A stretch of 64,000 bases of DNA from sequence record OK905446.1, one strand, 5' to 3'. Positions 27,003-36,958 of the stretch are shown in pieces (within the stretch, counting starts at the first letter, position 1; the number at the start of each line of letters is the position of its first letter). The notes under the pieces were generated by a model that was given only the letters and a program-made list of their open reading frames with translations, searched no databases and had not been told where the DNA came from. A program made the translations under genes and the position numbers.

Positions 27003-27185
27003 TTATGAATTTTTGTCATGTCTCAAATCGTAGATAGTCTTGCCGTCTATATTAGCAAGTGCTTCAGCATATGCACAGCGTGCAACTGATTTACAATCGT
27101 TGAACATGCCACCAGACGGCGTGCATAACCATGCACGCGCTTTGTCTAGATATTGTTGTACTTCTTCAGCAGTTGCTAAGATCAT
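27003..27185 (-). CDS. small hypothetical protein
   Basis: ORF track; ATGA coupling. Confidence 0.6.
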   Translation of the reverse strand: MILATAEEVQQYLDKARAWLCTPSGGMFNDCKSVARCAYAEALANIDGKTIYDLRHDKNS

Positions 27186-27505
27186 TGTACGATTTCTTCT
27201 AGCTCATTCGAGCTACCCGCACCAACGTCCATGACTTTCTTCAAGTCGATCCAACGTGTGCCATTGTAATACTGACAGTTGTTGTTCCACATGTTATGAC
27301 GCCACAAGTCCCATGGCACTGATTGGTCAACAACAGCAGTCCATGTACACGATGCAATTGCAGGAACGCGAGTGTATGCAGTGTAACCAAGCATCAGAGT
27401 TGCAACAAGCACAGCAGCAGTGATTTTAGGGTGTGACTTAGCTTCTTGTGCAAGAATCACAGTGTTTTCGAGCCAGTTTGGCATTGTGAATTTAGGTAGT
27501 TTCAT
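27182..27505 (-). CDS. membrane-anchored protein
   Basis: One TM helix. Confidence 0.7.
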   Translation of the reverse strand: MKLPKFTMPNWLENTVILAQEAKSHPKITAAVLVATLMLGYTAYTRVPAIASCTWTAVVDQSVPWDLWRHNMWNNNCQYYNGTRWIDLKKVMDVGAGSSNELEEIVQ

Positions 27506-27583
27506 GATTTTGTTCTCTTGTTTTGTTAGGCGTTGAGTGACATATTACTGCCACTCACACTCATTGTCAACTACTTTCTGAAA

Positions 27584-28849
27584 TTAATTGTACAATGCCC
27601 AATCAGTTGGTCGAGTAAGACCAACGTACACAAGTTGCTGAAGTATCTCTGGCTCTGCGTATCCCATGTCTTGAGTGTACAGACACACACCTTTAACAGT
27701 CGTACCTTGCGATTTGTGAACAGTTGACGCACCAAGTGACTTAGTTTCAATCATTTGCTCTTTCAAACCCCAGAATGCACGCCAGTAACGCTTCGTATTA
27801 CCACGAATTGACTTGTAAGTGCCAGCAGCAACAGACAAATAGCGTGCGAAACGTTCTTTCTGTAGGTCATCCCACAGCACATGAAACTCATACACGTTAC
27901 CATCTTCTTTCTCGACTGTCAGCACAGCAACATCAAACGATTCGTTGTCTACTTTAGGCAACATACCGTCGATTGTCTTCTGGCGAACGTCTAAGATCTT
28001 CACCACTTCACCATTTTCAATGACACAAACAGGGTATTTGCCGTTTGAGACCATCACTGGCATTTGTGTCACTAGATATTCACCGGGAATGAACGGCTCA
28101 GTCGTGTTGTACACGTGCTCACGAATAATGGCGTTGAATGTGTCAACACAGTCATTCGTGTACGCGAGAATGCGATAGTCAAGCAGGTCTTCAGGCGAAT
28201 TCACTTTGCTCAAGTACGTATCAAGCATTTTGCTCACGTTTGGCACGTGTAATACGCCTTGACGACGCTCTTTCGACCAGTTTGAACGCAGCCACTGACC
28301 GTTTCGTACTTCAGTTGCTACTTGAATCAATGGGTTGTCTTTCGCTTGACGAACGACTTCATTCATTTCAAACGTGCTGAACTTCGTGAAGAACGGAGAG
28401 ATAACACCAGGGTCATGCTTAACTGGCTGAAGCTGATACTTATCGCCAACAGCTAGAATGCGACACTTGCGTGGCATCGTGCGACCAGTAATTCCGAATA
28501 GCTCATCATCAACCATACTTGCTTCTTCGACAACGAGCACGTCGATTTCGTCTAGACCTTCAACTTCACCTGACTGAGTGAAATGCTTTTGGTCTTCGTA
28601 TGTGTCTGGGTGAATCTTCAACAGACTGTGAATGGTAGTTACTTCTTTACCAGTTGCTTTGTGTAGTACGTTCTTTGCTTGGTGCGTTGGCGTGACCATG
28701 ACTACATTCTGACCTTTCGACTCAAGAGCTTCAAGAATCGACTTCATCAAGAATGTTTTACCAGAGCCTGCGGGACCAGAGATAGTCATATGACCATCAG
28801 ATTTTAGAAAGGCGTCCATTGCGCCTTGTTGGCAGTTAGTTAGACCCAT
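27584..28849 (-). CDS. dda: Dda-like SF1B DNA helicase
   Basis: GPAGSGKT, VVEEASMV, GDKYQL, TVHKSQG, YVGLTR. Confidence 0.92.
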   Translation of the reverse strand: MGLTNCQQGAMDAFLKSDGHMTISGPAGSGKTFLMKSILEALESKGQNVVMVTPTHQAKNVLHKATGKEVTTIHSLLKIHPDTYEDQKHFTQSGEVEGLDEIDVLVVEEASMVDDELFGITGRTMPRKCRILAVGDKYQLQPVKHDPGVISPFFTKFSTFEMNEVVRQAKDNPLIQVATEVRNGQWLRSNWSKERRQGVLHVPNVSKMLDTYLSKVNSPEDLLDYRILAYTNDCVDTFNAIIREHVYNTTEPFIPGEYLVTQMPVMVSNGKYPVCVIENGEVVKILDVRQKTIDGMLPKVDNESFDVAVLTVEKEDGNVYEFHVLWDDLQKERFARYLSVAAGTYKSIRGNTKRYWRAFWGLKEQMIETKSLGASTVHKSQGTTVKGVCLYTQDMGYAEPEILQQLVYVGLTRPTDWALYN

Positions 28850-28871
28850 TATGTATTACTCTCGTTGCTTA

Positions 28872-29237
28872 TTAAATTGAATCTGTGAATGTACGAGCAA
28901 TCACATCGTTTTGCTGTTCTGTAGTCAGTGCATTGAAGCGAACAGCGTAACCGCTGACTCGAATAGTAAGCTGCGGATACTTCTCTGGGTGTGCTTGCGC
29001 TTCTAACAGCGTGTCACGATTCAGCACGTTAACGTTAAGATGCTGACCACCCTCAATCTTCTGAACTTCGATGTCGAACTCTTTGACAACGCGAGATTCA
29101 TCGAGTTTGATAATGTCGCCAACTGCAAGACCACTGTTACCTGATTCGATTACTTGACCAGTCGTGTCGTCTCGTGTGATAATTGCGAAGTTTTCACCTG
29201 ACAGTGAAAGAATATAACCTTTCATTGATACTTCCAT
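28872..29237 (-). CDS. grcA: autonomous glycyl radical cofactor (T4 vs.6-like; start probably MKGYIL)
   Basis: GGQHLNVNV...[16 protein letters not shown]. Confidence 0.95.
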   Translation of the reverse strand: MEVSMKGYILSLSGENFAIITRDDTTGQVIESGNSGLAVGDIIKLDESRVVKEFDIEVQKIEGGQHLNVNVLNRDTLLEAQAHPEKYPQLTIRVSGYAVRFNALTTEQQNDVIARTFTDSI

Positions 29238-29596
29238 TCTAATAAATGTACTTTTATATTACGTTCGCGACATATATCAACCATGTTCTGAGTGCCGCGC
29301 CCACCTTTGAATGCCAAACAAATGTCTGGCTTGAGATTAGCCATGTCTGTGTTGCGTCGATAGCCCGCAGAGTCGCCATACTTCTCCCAATCAGCTTCGC
29401 ATGTGATTAGCTCAACGTCGATATGCGCTTGATTCGCCCAATCTTGCGCAAGACGATCAGCACCCAATGCTCCGCCTTCGATAATAGTCATGCGACCTAT
29501 ATAATTGCTATTGTATAGCTTATCGAGTGCAGCATAAACAAGTTTTCGATTATTATATTTGCGACCACCGCACACGAGTACTCTCGGATTAAACAT
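29222..29596 (-). CDS. SLOG/YspA-like (DUF2493) protein
   Basis: [32 protein letters not shown]. Confidence 0.85.
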   Translation of the reverse strand: MFNPRVLVCGGRKYNNRKLVYAALDKLYNSNYIGRMTIIEGGALGADRLAQDWANQAHIDVELITCEADWEKYGDSAGYRRNTDMANLKPDICLAFKGGRGTQNMVDICRERNIKVHLLEWKYQ

Positions 29597-29610
29597 ATGC
29601 CCTCACAAAT

Positions 29611-29634
29611 AAAAAAAGCGCCGATTGGCGCTTT
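29611..29634 (-). terminator. rho-independent terminator
   Basis: AAAGCGCC-AATC-GGCGCTTTTTTT. Confidence 0.8.
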
Positions 29635-29637
29635 CTA

Positions 29638-29889
29638 TTATGGTAAACGTAGTTCTTTACCAGTGATGTAGATGTCAGTGTCTGGGTCGTAATACATACC
29701 CTCGCGCTTGTCGTAGTAGTAAACTTTACCATTCAGATCAGTGTACGGTCCCTCAAGACCAGAACGTGACAAATCTGGATACTGTTTGCTATCGACTTTG
29801 CGGTGCTTGACAACACGTTCATGAAACTCTTGTTCAGTTTCTTGAAGCTTCACTTCACCTTTGCTGTGATATTCGTTAAAACCTTTCAT
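29638..29889 (-). CDS. putative internal head protein (late)
   Basis: MKGFNEY...KLQE N-terminus; in late operon. Confidence 0.55.
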   Translation of the reverse strand: MKGFNEYHSKGEVKLQETEQEFHERVVKHRKVDSKQYPDLSRSGLEGPYTDLNGKVYYYDKREGMYYDPDTDIYITGKELRLP

Positions 29890-29901
29890 TGTTTTTCCTT
29901 A

Positions 29902-30255
29902 TTAAAACTTCTCGCGAATGTAACCGCCAGGTGAACCAGTCATCGTTTTAGTGATAACGATACGTTGATCACCAATTGTGAACTCAGCTTCTTTGCGTTT
30001 TTCGTCGATGTAATCAGCAGTAACGCCAGAATTCTTCGAAATGCTGTTAACAAGCTTAGTAAACCAGCCACGTGGTGCTTTCTTGTTGCTAGGTACAGGG
30101 AATGTGAATTGAATATCCCCGTACACCTTGCTCATCATCGGTTGAATCATGCGACCAAACACTTCTTGACCAGACTTCAGAAGAATTTCATCAACTTGGC
30201 TCTTCGGTGTAAATGTGTACGACGATTCAATCATGAATTGATTAAATGTTTTCAT
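29902..30255 (-). CDS. putative internal head protein with capsid-targeting sequence
   Basis: MKTFNQFMIES resembles T4 IP CTS; TATAAATA upstream. Confidence 0.65.
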   Translation of the reverse strand: MKTFNQFMIESSYTFTPKSQVDEILLKSGQEVFGRMIQPMMSKVYGDIQFTFPVPSNKKAPRGWFTKLVNSISKNSGVTADYIDEKRKEAEFTIGDQRIVITKTMTGSPGGYIREKF

Positions 30256-30279
30256 GTTATATCCCTAGTTTGTTTATCG

Positions 30280-30287
30280 TATTTATA
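30280..30287 (-). promoter_or_regulatory. late promoter
   Basis: Exact TATAAATA on minus strand, 25 nt upstream of ATG. Confidence 0.8.
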
Positions 30288-30288
30288 A

Positions 30289-31329
30289 CTAGTAAGCACC
30301 TAGCATTTCTTTCATTTCTTCGTCCGTCATTGTACACGGGAAGTAGAATTCGTCAAGATAATCATCGTACCACATGTAGAATTGAGCTACTAAATCTGGT
30401 GTATGATTCGGAAGTGACGTTGTAGCTTTTGCATTTTCAAGCTTCTCAAGGCGTTCTTGCAGCACTTCAGAGACGTATTCCCACGTGTACTTACCGATTT
30501 TAACGTCACGATAGAATGCAGCGTGCTTCAATGGGAACTCAAGCTTACCAACTTCAAGGATGTCGATTGCTTGATCGATTACTCGCATAGCATGAGAGAT
30601 CGCTTTCCAGTCTGAACCACTAGCAGCACGAGCTTGATACGAACGCGCACCGTATTTGCTCATCATCTTCTCAAGACGACCAGCCGCTTCTTCAAATGAG
30701 ATTTCAAGACCGAATACCTTTTCAAGCACACTGAACGCAGGGTCTTGCAAATCGCTTGCGTCTGTAGTCTTGGGCCCGTGATACCACTGAAAACGCACGT
30801 GAGCGTCTTCTGCGCTTAGTTCCCATAGACGTTGACACAACTCAGGGCTTGAACCCAACTTCGCTTTAGAATCGACGTTGTGCGTCTCTACAGCACGTGC
30901 AAATTCCATAAGGCTGTTTAGTCGTGTACCTTTGATACCGTATTTCTGCGCTTGGTTCAGTGCATAACCCGTCATTGCTTTGACGTTTGATGTCAAGTAT
31001 TTGCGCGTTAGCTCTTGACACATAGCATGGAACGTAGGGTGACAGTCATCTGGGTTCTGTAGTGCGTTGAATGCTAACTCGATAGCATACGACTGACCAC
31101 CTAGAAAGTCGCGCATGAACACTTGAACAGGGATGTATTCGAAGTCTTCATCTTCAGCGCCGTTCTTCGAGAACGCTTTACCAGTTGAATGAACTGAGTT
31201 CTTGATTGCAACACCACGCAATAGTGTACGCAACTCTGGTAAGAAGACAGCTTTGTAATCAGTATCTGACTCTGGCGTGTCTGTGCCATATAGTTTTGAA
31301 CCGAATAGGCTCGTGTATAGTACATTCAT
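30289..31329 (-). CDS. DNA Pol-beta-superfamily nucleotidyltransferase (T4 NrdC.11/RlaP-like)
   Basis: LFGSKLYGTDTPESDTDYKAVF; DWKAISHAMR. Confidence 0.8.
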   Translation of the reverse strand: MNVLYTSLFGSKLYGTDTPESDTDYKAVFLPELRTLLRGVAIKNSVHSTGKAFSKNGAEDEDFEYIPVQVFMRDFLGGQSYAIELAFNALQNPDDCHPTFHAMCQELTRKYLTSNVKAMTGYALNQAQKYGIKGTRLNSLMEFARAVETHNVDSKAKLGSSPELCQRLWELSAEDAHVRFQWYHGPKTTDASDLQDPAFSVLEKVFGLEISFEEAAGRLEKMMSKYGARSYQARAASGSDWKAISHAMRVIDQAIDILEVGKLEFPLKHAAFYRDVKIGKYTWEYVSEVLQERLEKLENAKATTSLPNHTPDLVAQFYMWYDDYLDEFYFPCTMTDEEMKEMLGAY

Positions 31330-31802
31330 AGACCACCTCGTGATGCTTGCATGGCAACGTAGATACGTTTGCCAAATGGTTTAGCGATTGATTCTAGAAT
31401 ATCAACGATGTTATGACCTAGAATCGGTGAAACGTGTTCAATAAAGATGTGTTCACGCTCTTGAGCACACGCAAACGCAACTGAAGAGATAAGAGACTCA
31501 AGATCTAACCCGCTTTGAATAACGAGTGAACCCTCACCAAGTTTTGCTGCCATTTCAGTGTGGCGTTGCTCAGTCACAATCATAGTGCTTTCTCGTACGC
31601 CACGCTGAACGAGCATTCCCATCAGCATAGCGTTCTTGCCACTCCCAGGTCTACCAACAACAACTGTGCTGTCTGAGCCATTGAAGATTTGCAATTCAGA
31701 AACTACTGTCTTCGCGGCGCGAATTAACGATTTTGGAGTCATTTTATACACCTTTTGTTGGATTTTTGAACGTTTCGTCTTTATATGCTGTATGATACGC
31801 AT
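31326..31802 (-). CDS. short P-loop NTPase-like protein
   Basis: VVVGRPGSGKN Walker A; RecA/DnaB-like topology suspected. Confidence 0.6.
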   Translation of the reverse strand: MRIIQHIKTKRSKIQQKVYKMTPKSLIRAAKTVVSELQIFNGSDSTVVVGRPGSGKNAMLMGMLVQRGVRESTMIVTEQRHTEMAAKLGEGSLVIQSGLDLESLISSVAFACAQEREHIFIEHVSPILGHNIVDILESIAKPFGKRIYVAMQASRGGL

Positions 31803-31873
31803 ATTTTACACTTTAGTCAACAATTATTTCAGATTTTTATTGAGATAATTGCTATGCAACACGTAACAAAACA

Positions 31874-32005
31874 CTAAATAAGATAGAGACATTTTACAGT
31901 TTCGAGGGATGTGACTATGTTATCGCATTGGTCACTGCGAGTATTGGTTCTACTATAGTCGCCTCCCTCGCTTTTTAATTTCAAAGGGGCATTTCTGCCC
32001 CTTTT
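31874..32005 (+). ncRNA. candidate structured late antisense RNA
   Basis: CTAAATA box, 16-bp long stem enclosing two hairpins, U-run and bidirectional terminator; no long ORF. Confidence 0.45.
31983..32005. terminator. bidirectional terminator
   Basis: AAAGGGGCA-TTTC-TGCCCCTTTT. Confidence 0.75.
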
Positions 32006-32006
32006 C

Positions 32007-32585
32007 TTATCGTCTCTTCTTACCAAACTTCATCTTAAACCCACTCGATTTCTTCTTAGGCTTCGGCTTAGACAGAACTTTCTTTGGCTTTTCTACTTTC
32101 TTGACTGTAGTAGGCTTCTTGTTCTTCAACTCAGTAGACTTTTTCGGCTCTACTTTCTTCACTTCAACAGGTTTCACGGGAGCTACTGGCTCTACTTTCT
32201 TGATTACAGGCGCAGTTTTTGTCTGATACGGTGTCACTTTGTTGATAATTGGTGCTTGAGTTGGTGCAATGTAGTTCTTTTTACCGGAATCAAAGACATC
32301 ATCTACAATCTCTGCCGCCACAAAACCAATTGCTGCCGCACCCCAATCGAATCCCTCATCTTCAGATTGATGAATCACAACTGGCGCTTGTTGTACAGGT
32401 TGTTGTACAACTTCTTGTACATTATTCACTGGCGGAAAGTCATCGACCGTTGGCGCTTGCATTAGCGGCTGACCTTGCTCGGCATAGTATGCGTTTGTGT
32501 CTAGAGTAGCAGAGCCATTATCACAGCCCGCCAGTACTGCAATCATACTAACGATTGCGATTGTGCGAATTTTCATTTTATACAC
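32007..32585 (-). CDS. lipoprotein with Lys/Pro-rich tail
   Basis: Lipobox VLAGC. Confidence 0.7.
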   Translation of the reverse strand: MYKMKIRTIAIVSMIAVLAGCDNGSATLDTNAYYAEQGQPLMQAPTVDDFPPVNNVQEVVQQPVQQAPVVIHQSEDEGFDWGAAAIGFVAAEIVDDVFDSGKKNYIAPTQAPIINKVTPYQTKTAPVIKKVEPVAPVKPVEVKKVEPKKSTELKNKKPTTVKKVEKPKKVLSKPKPKKKSSGFKMKFGKKRR

Positions 32586-33243
32586 CTTTAAAGTTATCGT
32601 AAAATGCTTTTGCTTCTGGCTTATGTAAGAAAGTATGCCAACGAAGTGCAGCTACATCCGTTTCGACGTTGCGCTCATTGATTGCAACTACATAGCGACC
32701 GCTATCATCTTTACCAAACGTGATGATGCATTCCATGTCACCATTAGTGTCCATCTTCTGCTCGATTTGCTGATCAATACCGTGAGCTTCTTCGCTGAAG
32801 ACAACAGTCTGGTCAATACCAAGAAACTTCTCGATACGGTCAAGCTTCTGAAATGAAGCGTCACCTTGTGTCTTTAACACGCGATTCTGAATGCTCTTGT
32901 CGAACTTCGAATACATCCAAGCATTAGCAATACCGATATTCATACCAATCAGAGACGCACCGACAACAAACATCGAGCCAATCACGATTCGACCACCTGT
33001 AGTAACAGGATAATGATCACCAAAACCGATTGTGCTCATAGCCATCCACACAGTCCAGAATGCATCACCTGGCGTTTTGATGTTGGCAGTTACGTCATTC
33101 ACTTCGAACGCAAACAGAATATTTGATGCTACTAATGCTATTGACATAGACACTGCTATAATCAAAGAGAATATTAGCAGCATATTGTACTGCACAACAC
33201 CATGTTCGTCGTATGACTTAATGTGTTTCTTCAATCGTTTCAT
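32578..33243 (-). CDS. KcsA-like potassium channel
   Basis: TM-pore-TM; DAFWTVWMAMSTIGFGDHYPVT..GR filter. Confidence 0.85.
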   Translation of the reverse strand: MKRLKKHIKSYDEHGVVQYNMLLIFSLIIAVSMSIALVASNILFAFEVNDVTANIKTPGDAFWTVWMAMSTIGFGDHYPVTTGGRIVIGSMFVVGASLIGMNIGIANAWMYSKFDKSIQNRVLKTQGDASFQKLDRIEKFLGIDQTVVFSEEAHGIDQQIEQKMDTNGDMECIITFGKDDSGRYVVAINERNVETDVAALRWHTFLHKPEAKAFYDNFKGV

Positions 33244-33565
33244 GTTGTTCCTCTGGCAAGTGGATGTTGAATTGAAAGTCAGATTTTAGTTCTGCGTAGT
33301 CAATCTCGCTCAGTGAATCCTTGATGAATTTGATTGATGATTTCAATTCACCATACGGCAGAATAACTTGATTTGATTGACAGTACTCGATGTCAAATCG
33401 TTCTACTAACACGTTCATGTGATAGTCACGAAAAACTTGACGCTGAACGCCAGTCATGCATCCGTAAGCGAATGCAAATGCATTGCGATACTCTTGTTGG
33501 TTAACGATAGCTGCATCTTTCTGTTCTACTAGAATTTCGACAGTGCGTAGGTCAGTTGCGTTCAT
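33218..33565 (-). CDS. early hypothetical protein
   Basis: PeSL cassette and conserved RBS upstream. Confidence 0.75.
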   Translation of the reverse strand: MNATDLRTVEILVEQKDAAIVNQQEYRNAFAFAYGCMTGVQRQVFRDYHMNVLVERFDIEYCQSNQVILPYGELKSSIKFIKDSLSEIDYAELKSDFQFNIHLPEEQHETIEETH

Positions 33566-33612
33566 AATGTTCTCTCTTTGTGTATTTCGTTTCGATGAAG
33601 CTATAATACGCG

Positions 33613-33638
33613 AAAGGGCTGACCGAAGTCAACCCTTT
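33613..33638 (-). promoter_or_regulatory. stem-loop early promoter cassette (PeSL-like) with C(UUCG)G loop
   Basis: AAAGGGTTGAC-TTCG-GTCAGCCCTTT; -35 TTGACT. Confidence 0.8.
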
Positions 33639-33646
33639 TATCAAAC

Positions 33647-34690
33647 TTATTTCAAAGTATTTTTGTCTAGCTCTTTCAGAACTAGGTATTCGCTACAGCG
33701 CAACTTAGTGTTGTTGTAGTCGCTCGGTACTGACACAACATCACGTGGGTTGACTTTACACAGTACAACACGATTGCCAGCAGCACCACCGAAGTGTGGC
33801 AAGTAACCTTTCGAACATACATGCAGACCCGCAGAACACGTTTGGTCTTTGTTGTCGTTCACTTGGTGACGTAGCATCCACACGCGAGTGCCCGGCTTGT
33901 TGCTCATGCTATTGCTGTGAATGTCGTTGTAGTTGTCGCGAATCTTCTTGTACGCTAAGAAGTGACCATCGTCTGTTAGTTCGATGTCAGCAGCTTCTAA
34001 GAAGCCGTAAAGCTCTTCTACAGCGCGACGTGACGGGTTAGTGATTAGGTTCTCGAAGAACTTCACTAGCTTGGTCACTTGAGACTTGTCGCCTTCTTCC
34101 ATTGCTTCAAGAATGCGGTCAGTCATGCCACCGTCGATGTCAAGATCACGATACTTAACAACGCCACCCTTGACAACTACGTTGCCTAGCATGAACTCTT
34201 CGATGCCTTTAGCAACATCAAGCAATGACACTGCAAGTTCACCGTCAGACTCAAGCAATGCAGCAACGATTTTGCTGTAGTTCGGTGCTGTAATGTCAGC
34301 AGAGAACGCTTGACCTTTAAAGGTAAACGACACGTTGACTGGCGTAATGACGTAAGCGAAGTCTTCAATTGCTTCTTCTAGCTTCTGATCAAGAGTCTTT
34401 TCAGGCTCAGGCGCTTTCATCTTCTGAGTTGGCTCAGTTTTAGTGCCAGTAGCGTCTAGCAACTCGTCTAGATTCGCTTTGAAGTCAGTCGAAAGTGACT
34501 TAACTTTTGCAGGTCGCTTAACGACTTGTTTCGCAGTGTTCAGACTAAATTTGCCTTCACGGTGTTCAGCAAGCACACGGCGCAGAGTAGTTGGCGAAGT
34601 ACCGTGCTTCGCCGCATTTTCTTTCTGAGACATACCGTTTGCAGATGCTTTAACGATAGACTGTTTTGTTTCGATTGGCAAATTAACCAT
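33647..34690 (-). CDS. rIIB: RIIB protein
   Basis: N-terminal HTH; DGHFLAYK, CSAGLHVC, VNPRDVVSVPSDY...RC. Confidence 0.92.
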   Translation of the reverse strand: MVNLPIETKQSIVKASANGMSQKENAAKHGTSPTTLRRVLAEHREGKFSLNTAKQVVKRPAKVKSLSTDFKANLDELLDATGTKTEPTQKMKAPEPEKTLDQKLEEAIEDFAYVITPVNVSFTFKGQAFSADITAPNYSKIVAALLESDGELAVSLLDVAKGIEEFMLGNVVVKGGVVKYRDLDIDGGMTDRILEAMEEGDKSQVTKLVKFFENLITNPSRRAVEELYGFLEAADIELTDDGHFLAYKKIRDNYNDIHSNSMSNKPGTRVWMLRHQVNDNKDQTCSAGLHVCSKGYLPHFGGAAGNRVVLCKVNPRDVVSVPSDYNNTKLRCSEYLVLKELDKNTLK

Positions 34691-36758
34691 TGCGTTTTCC
34701 TCTCAAGAGATTAATTAGTTGTTTAGCTGCGTCGTCGTCGGTGCAATTATCGACGAGTTTGAACAGCAAATTGTATTTCGGTGTTTCTTGAATCGACGTT
34801 AGTTTATTCAAGTGTTTATCGACTTCAGCCGTACGAACGTCGCGAACAATCGAGAAGTTGTTACACAGACGATCAATCGTTTGTACACATGCTTCAGCGC
34901 CACCAGTGTTCGGATAACCAAAGTGTTCACGAACAGTTGAGTTAGCCCACGTGTTTTCAAGCTTACTGCGCCAACCGTAAAGATTGTTGTCAACTGCATA
35001 CGATTTCCAGTTGATTTTACTACGCAATTCACGCTTGTTAAACTTAATATCGAAGATATTAATCGCGTTTTCGTTTTCTTTAATGTGTACGTACTCAGGA
35101 CGACGAGCAATATACACAACATCAATGCCTTTGATGCGCATGATTAGTTCAATTGTACCAAGTGAACGATGGTAATCTTCACCATGACCACATTCTGGTA
35201 CTTTCTCAACGTAATCGCGGAACAGACTCACGAAATATAGCTTGTCGTTCTTCAATACTTCACGCTTAACGTCAGACGCAGCTACTGTACGGCGATTGTT
35301 TTCGTCAATGCGCATTTCGTACAGACGAATCGTTGGTGATACTGGCTTTTTAGCGACAGTCTTCTTCTTAGGCGTGTAGTTCGCTTTCAGATCAGATGTC
35401 TTCAGCACTTTGTATTCACAATCACGAAGACGTTCTTTGAAGAACGGTAGTGCAGCAGTCGTTGACGGCTTTTCGTCATGATGATAGAACACCACTTTCG
35501 ACTCTTCACGTACGTATTCTTTAGCGATACCAACGCCACCAGATTTCATGTCATCAACGATGATGTAAATCGGCTTTTTCTCGTACTCTTTGCGTGGATC
35601 AAGCAAGTCGTACGGTCGTGAGAAGTTAGTACGACGCTGAACGCCTTCTTTGTTGCTGTGTTCAGGGCGTAGCTGAACAACTTTACCAAGAATGGCGAAG
35701 TCTTTCAGCATATCGTTTGAATACGACATAACTGGTTGACCGTCGAATGTCATCTTCTTCAAGATCGCATCGTTAAAACGATTGTCACATGCACGGAATG
35801 CATCACCGATGTGCGTGAACTTCTGATCATCAACCCACTTCTGTGCTTCATCAAGGAACTTACCATTGATGACGTTCACACGCTTATTGATGTTCTCAAT
35901 CGTGTAGTCATCGTAGTGAAGCTCTTCACGTGATGCACTGACATCTAGCTCACCGATAGGGAACTCAATGAACAGATCAGAATTCTTGAAGTAGCTACGA
36001 ACAAGCTGAATGTCTTTGATGTAGCTTTCACTCAACGGGTAGCAAACATTGCCCATCACTGCATACACATCACCAGAACGCCAAGAGTTTTTGTTCGTTT
36101 CAGTGAAATAACCAGCCATTTGAGTGAATTTACGCTCTGGTAGAGTCATATTCGTCTCAACAGCAGGTGATTTGAAGTAAGGCATTACTCGGTTTGCAGC
36201 GTCTTTAAAGCGACTAAAGTCTTCTTTACGCACTGGCACGATTACTTCAACGCCGTCTGGTTCATCAGTCGGTGCAGGCTCTGACATACAAGTGATCGCT
36301 GGCTCACCTTTATCAAGATAAGCAGAGTAAACAGCTTTCAAACCGTTCTTCGTTGACTTAACAGTAAACGATTGACCGTTGTTGTAGCTGAATGGCGTCT
36401 TTGAACCTAGACCCATTGCACCAATCACGTCGTTTGAGTCGTCTTTAGTTGAATCAAACACAGTCGTGTACACGCCAAAGATCTCGTCGTCGCTCATGCC
36501 ACAACCAAAGTCTTTCACGCTGAACCACGGTTCAAACTGATTTGGCAAGTGAACTTCAATCGCTTTACCGAGATTTTTGTTCATTTGATGCGCATCCCAA
36601 CCATTACACGTAAGCTCACGCACGATAGCTAGAATTGGATCTTTGTAAAGCGTAGTCGAGATAATACGAAAGCCTTTTGCACTTGCTTTCATATTAAAGC
36701 CAGCCGTACGCATCTTACCAGACGTTTGTACGGTACTATCAGGGGTATGGATAATCAT
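34683..36758 (-). CDS. rIIA: RIIA protein (GHKL ATPase N-terminus)
   Basis: AIVRELTCNGWDAH, DFGCGM, GAMGLGSKTPFSY; adjacent to rIIB. Confidence 0.92.
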   Translation of the reverse strand: MIIHTPDSTVQTSGKMRTAGFNMKASAKGFRIISTTLYKDPILAIVRELTCNGWDAHQMNKNLGKAIEVHLPNQFEPWFSVKDFGCGMSDDEIFGVYTTVFDSTKDDSNDVIGAMGLGSKTPFSYNNGQSFTVKSTKNGLKAVYSAYLDKGEPAITCMSEPAPTDEPDGVEVIVPVRKEDFSRFKDAANRVMPYFKSPAVETNMTLPERKFTQMAGYFTETNKNSWRSGDVYAVMGNVCYPLSESYIKDIQLVRSYFKNSDLFIEFPIGELDVSASREELHYDDYTIENINKRVNVINGKFLDEAQKWVDDQKFTHIGDAFRACDNRFNDAILKKMTFDGQPVMSYSNDMLKDFAILGKVVQLRPEHSNKEGVQRRTNFSRPYDLLDPRKEYEKKPIYIIVDDMKSGGVGIAKEYVREESKVVFYHHDEKPSTTAALPFFKERLRDCEYKVLKTSDLKANYTPKKKTVAKKPVSPTIRLYEMRIDENNRRTVAASDVKREVLKNDKLYFVSLFRDYVEKVPECGHGEDYHRSLGTIELIMRIKGIDVVYIARRPEYVHIKENENAINIFDIKFNKRELRSKINWKSYAVDNNLYGWRSKLENTWANSTVREHFGYPNTGGAEACVQTIDRLCNNFSIVRDVRTAEVDKHLNKLTSIQETPKYNLLFKLVDNCTDDDAAKQLINLLRGKRNG

Positions 36759-36765
36759 GTATTTC

Positions 36766-36903
36766 TCACATTTCGTTAATTACCTCGTGAATCGCGTCTA
36801 CTGCTTCATCGTGAGGTACATTGTACTGGTTAATCAGACAATCAAGAATGTCATTGAACTCAAGTTCAGACTCAATCATGTCTTTTATCATGTTGTCAAT
36901 CAT
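36766..36903 (-). CDS. small acidic protein
   Basis: Start adjusted to MIDNMI (GAGAG SD). Confidence 0.6.
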   Translation of the reverse strand: MIDNMIKDMIESELEFNDILDCLINQYNVPHDEAVDAIHEVINEM

Positions 36904-36958
36904 ATTGCTCTCCTTAGTTTTAAGAGAATTATACACGACTGACAACATGTGTCAAGAA

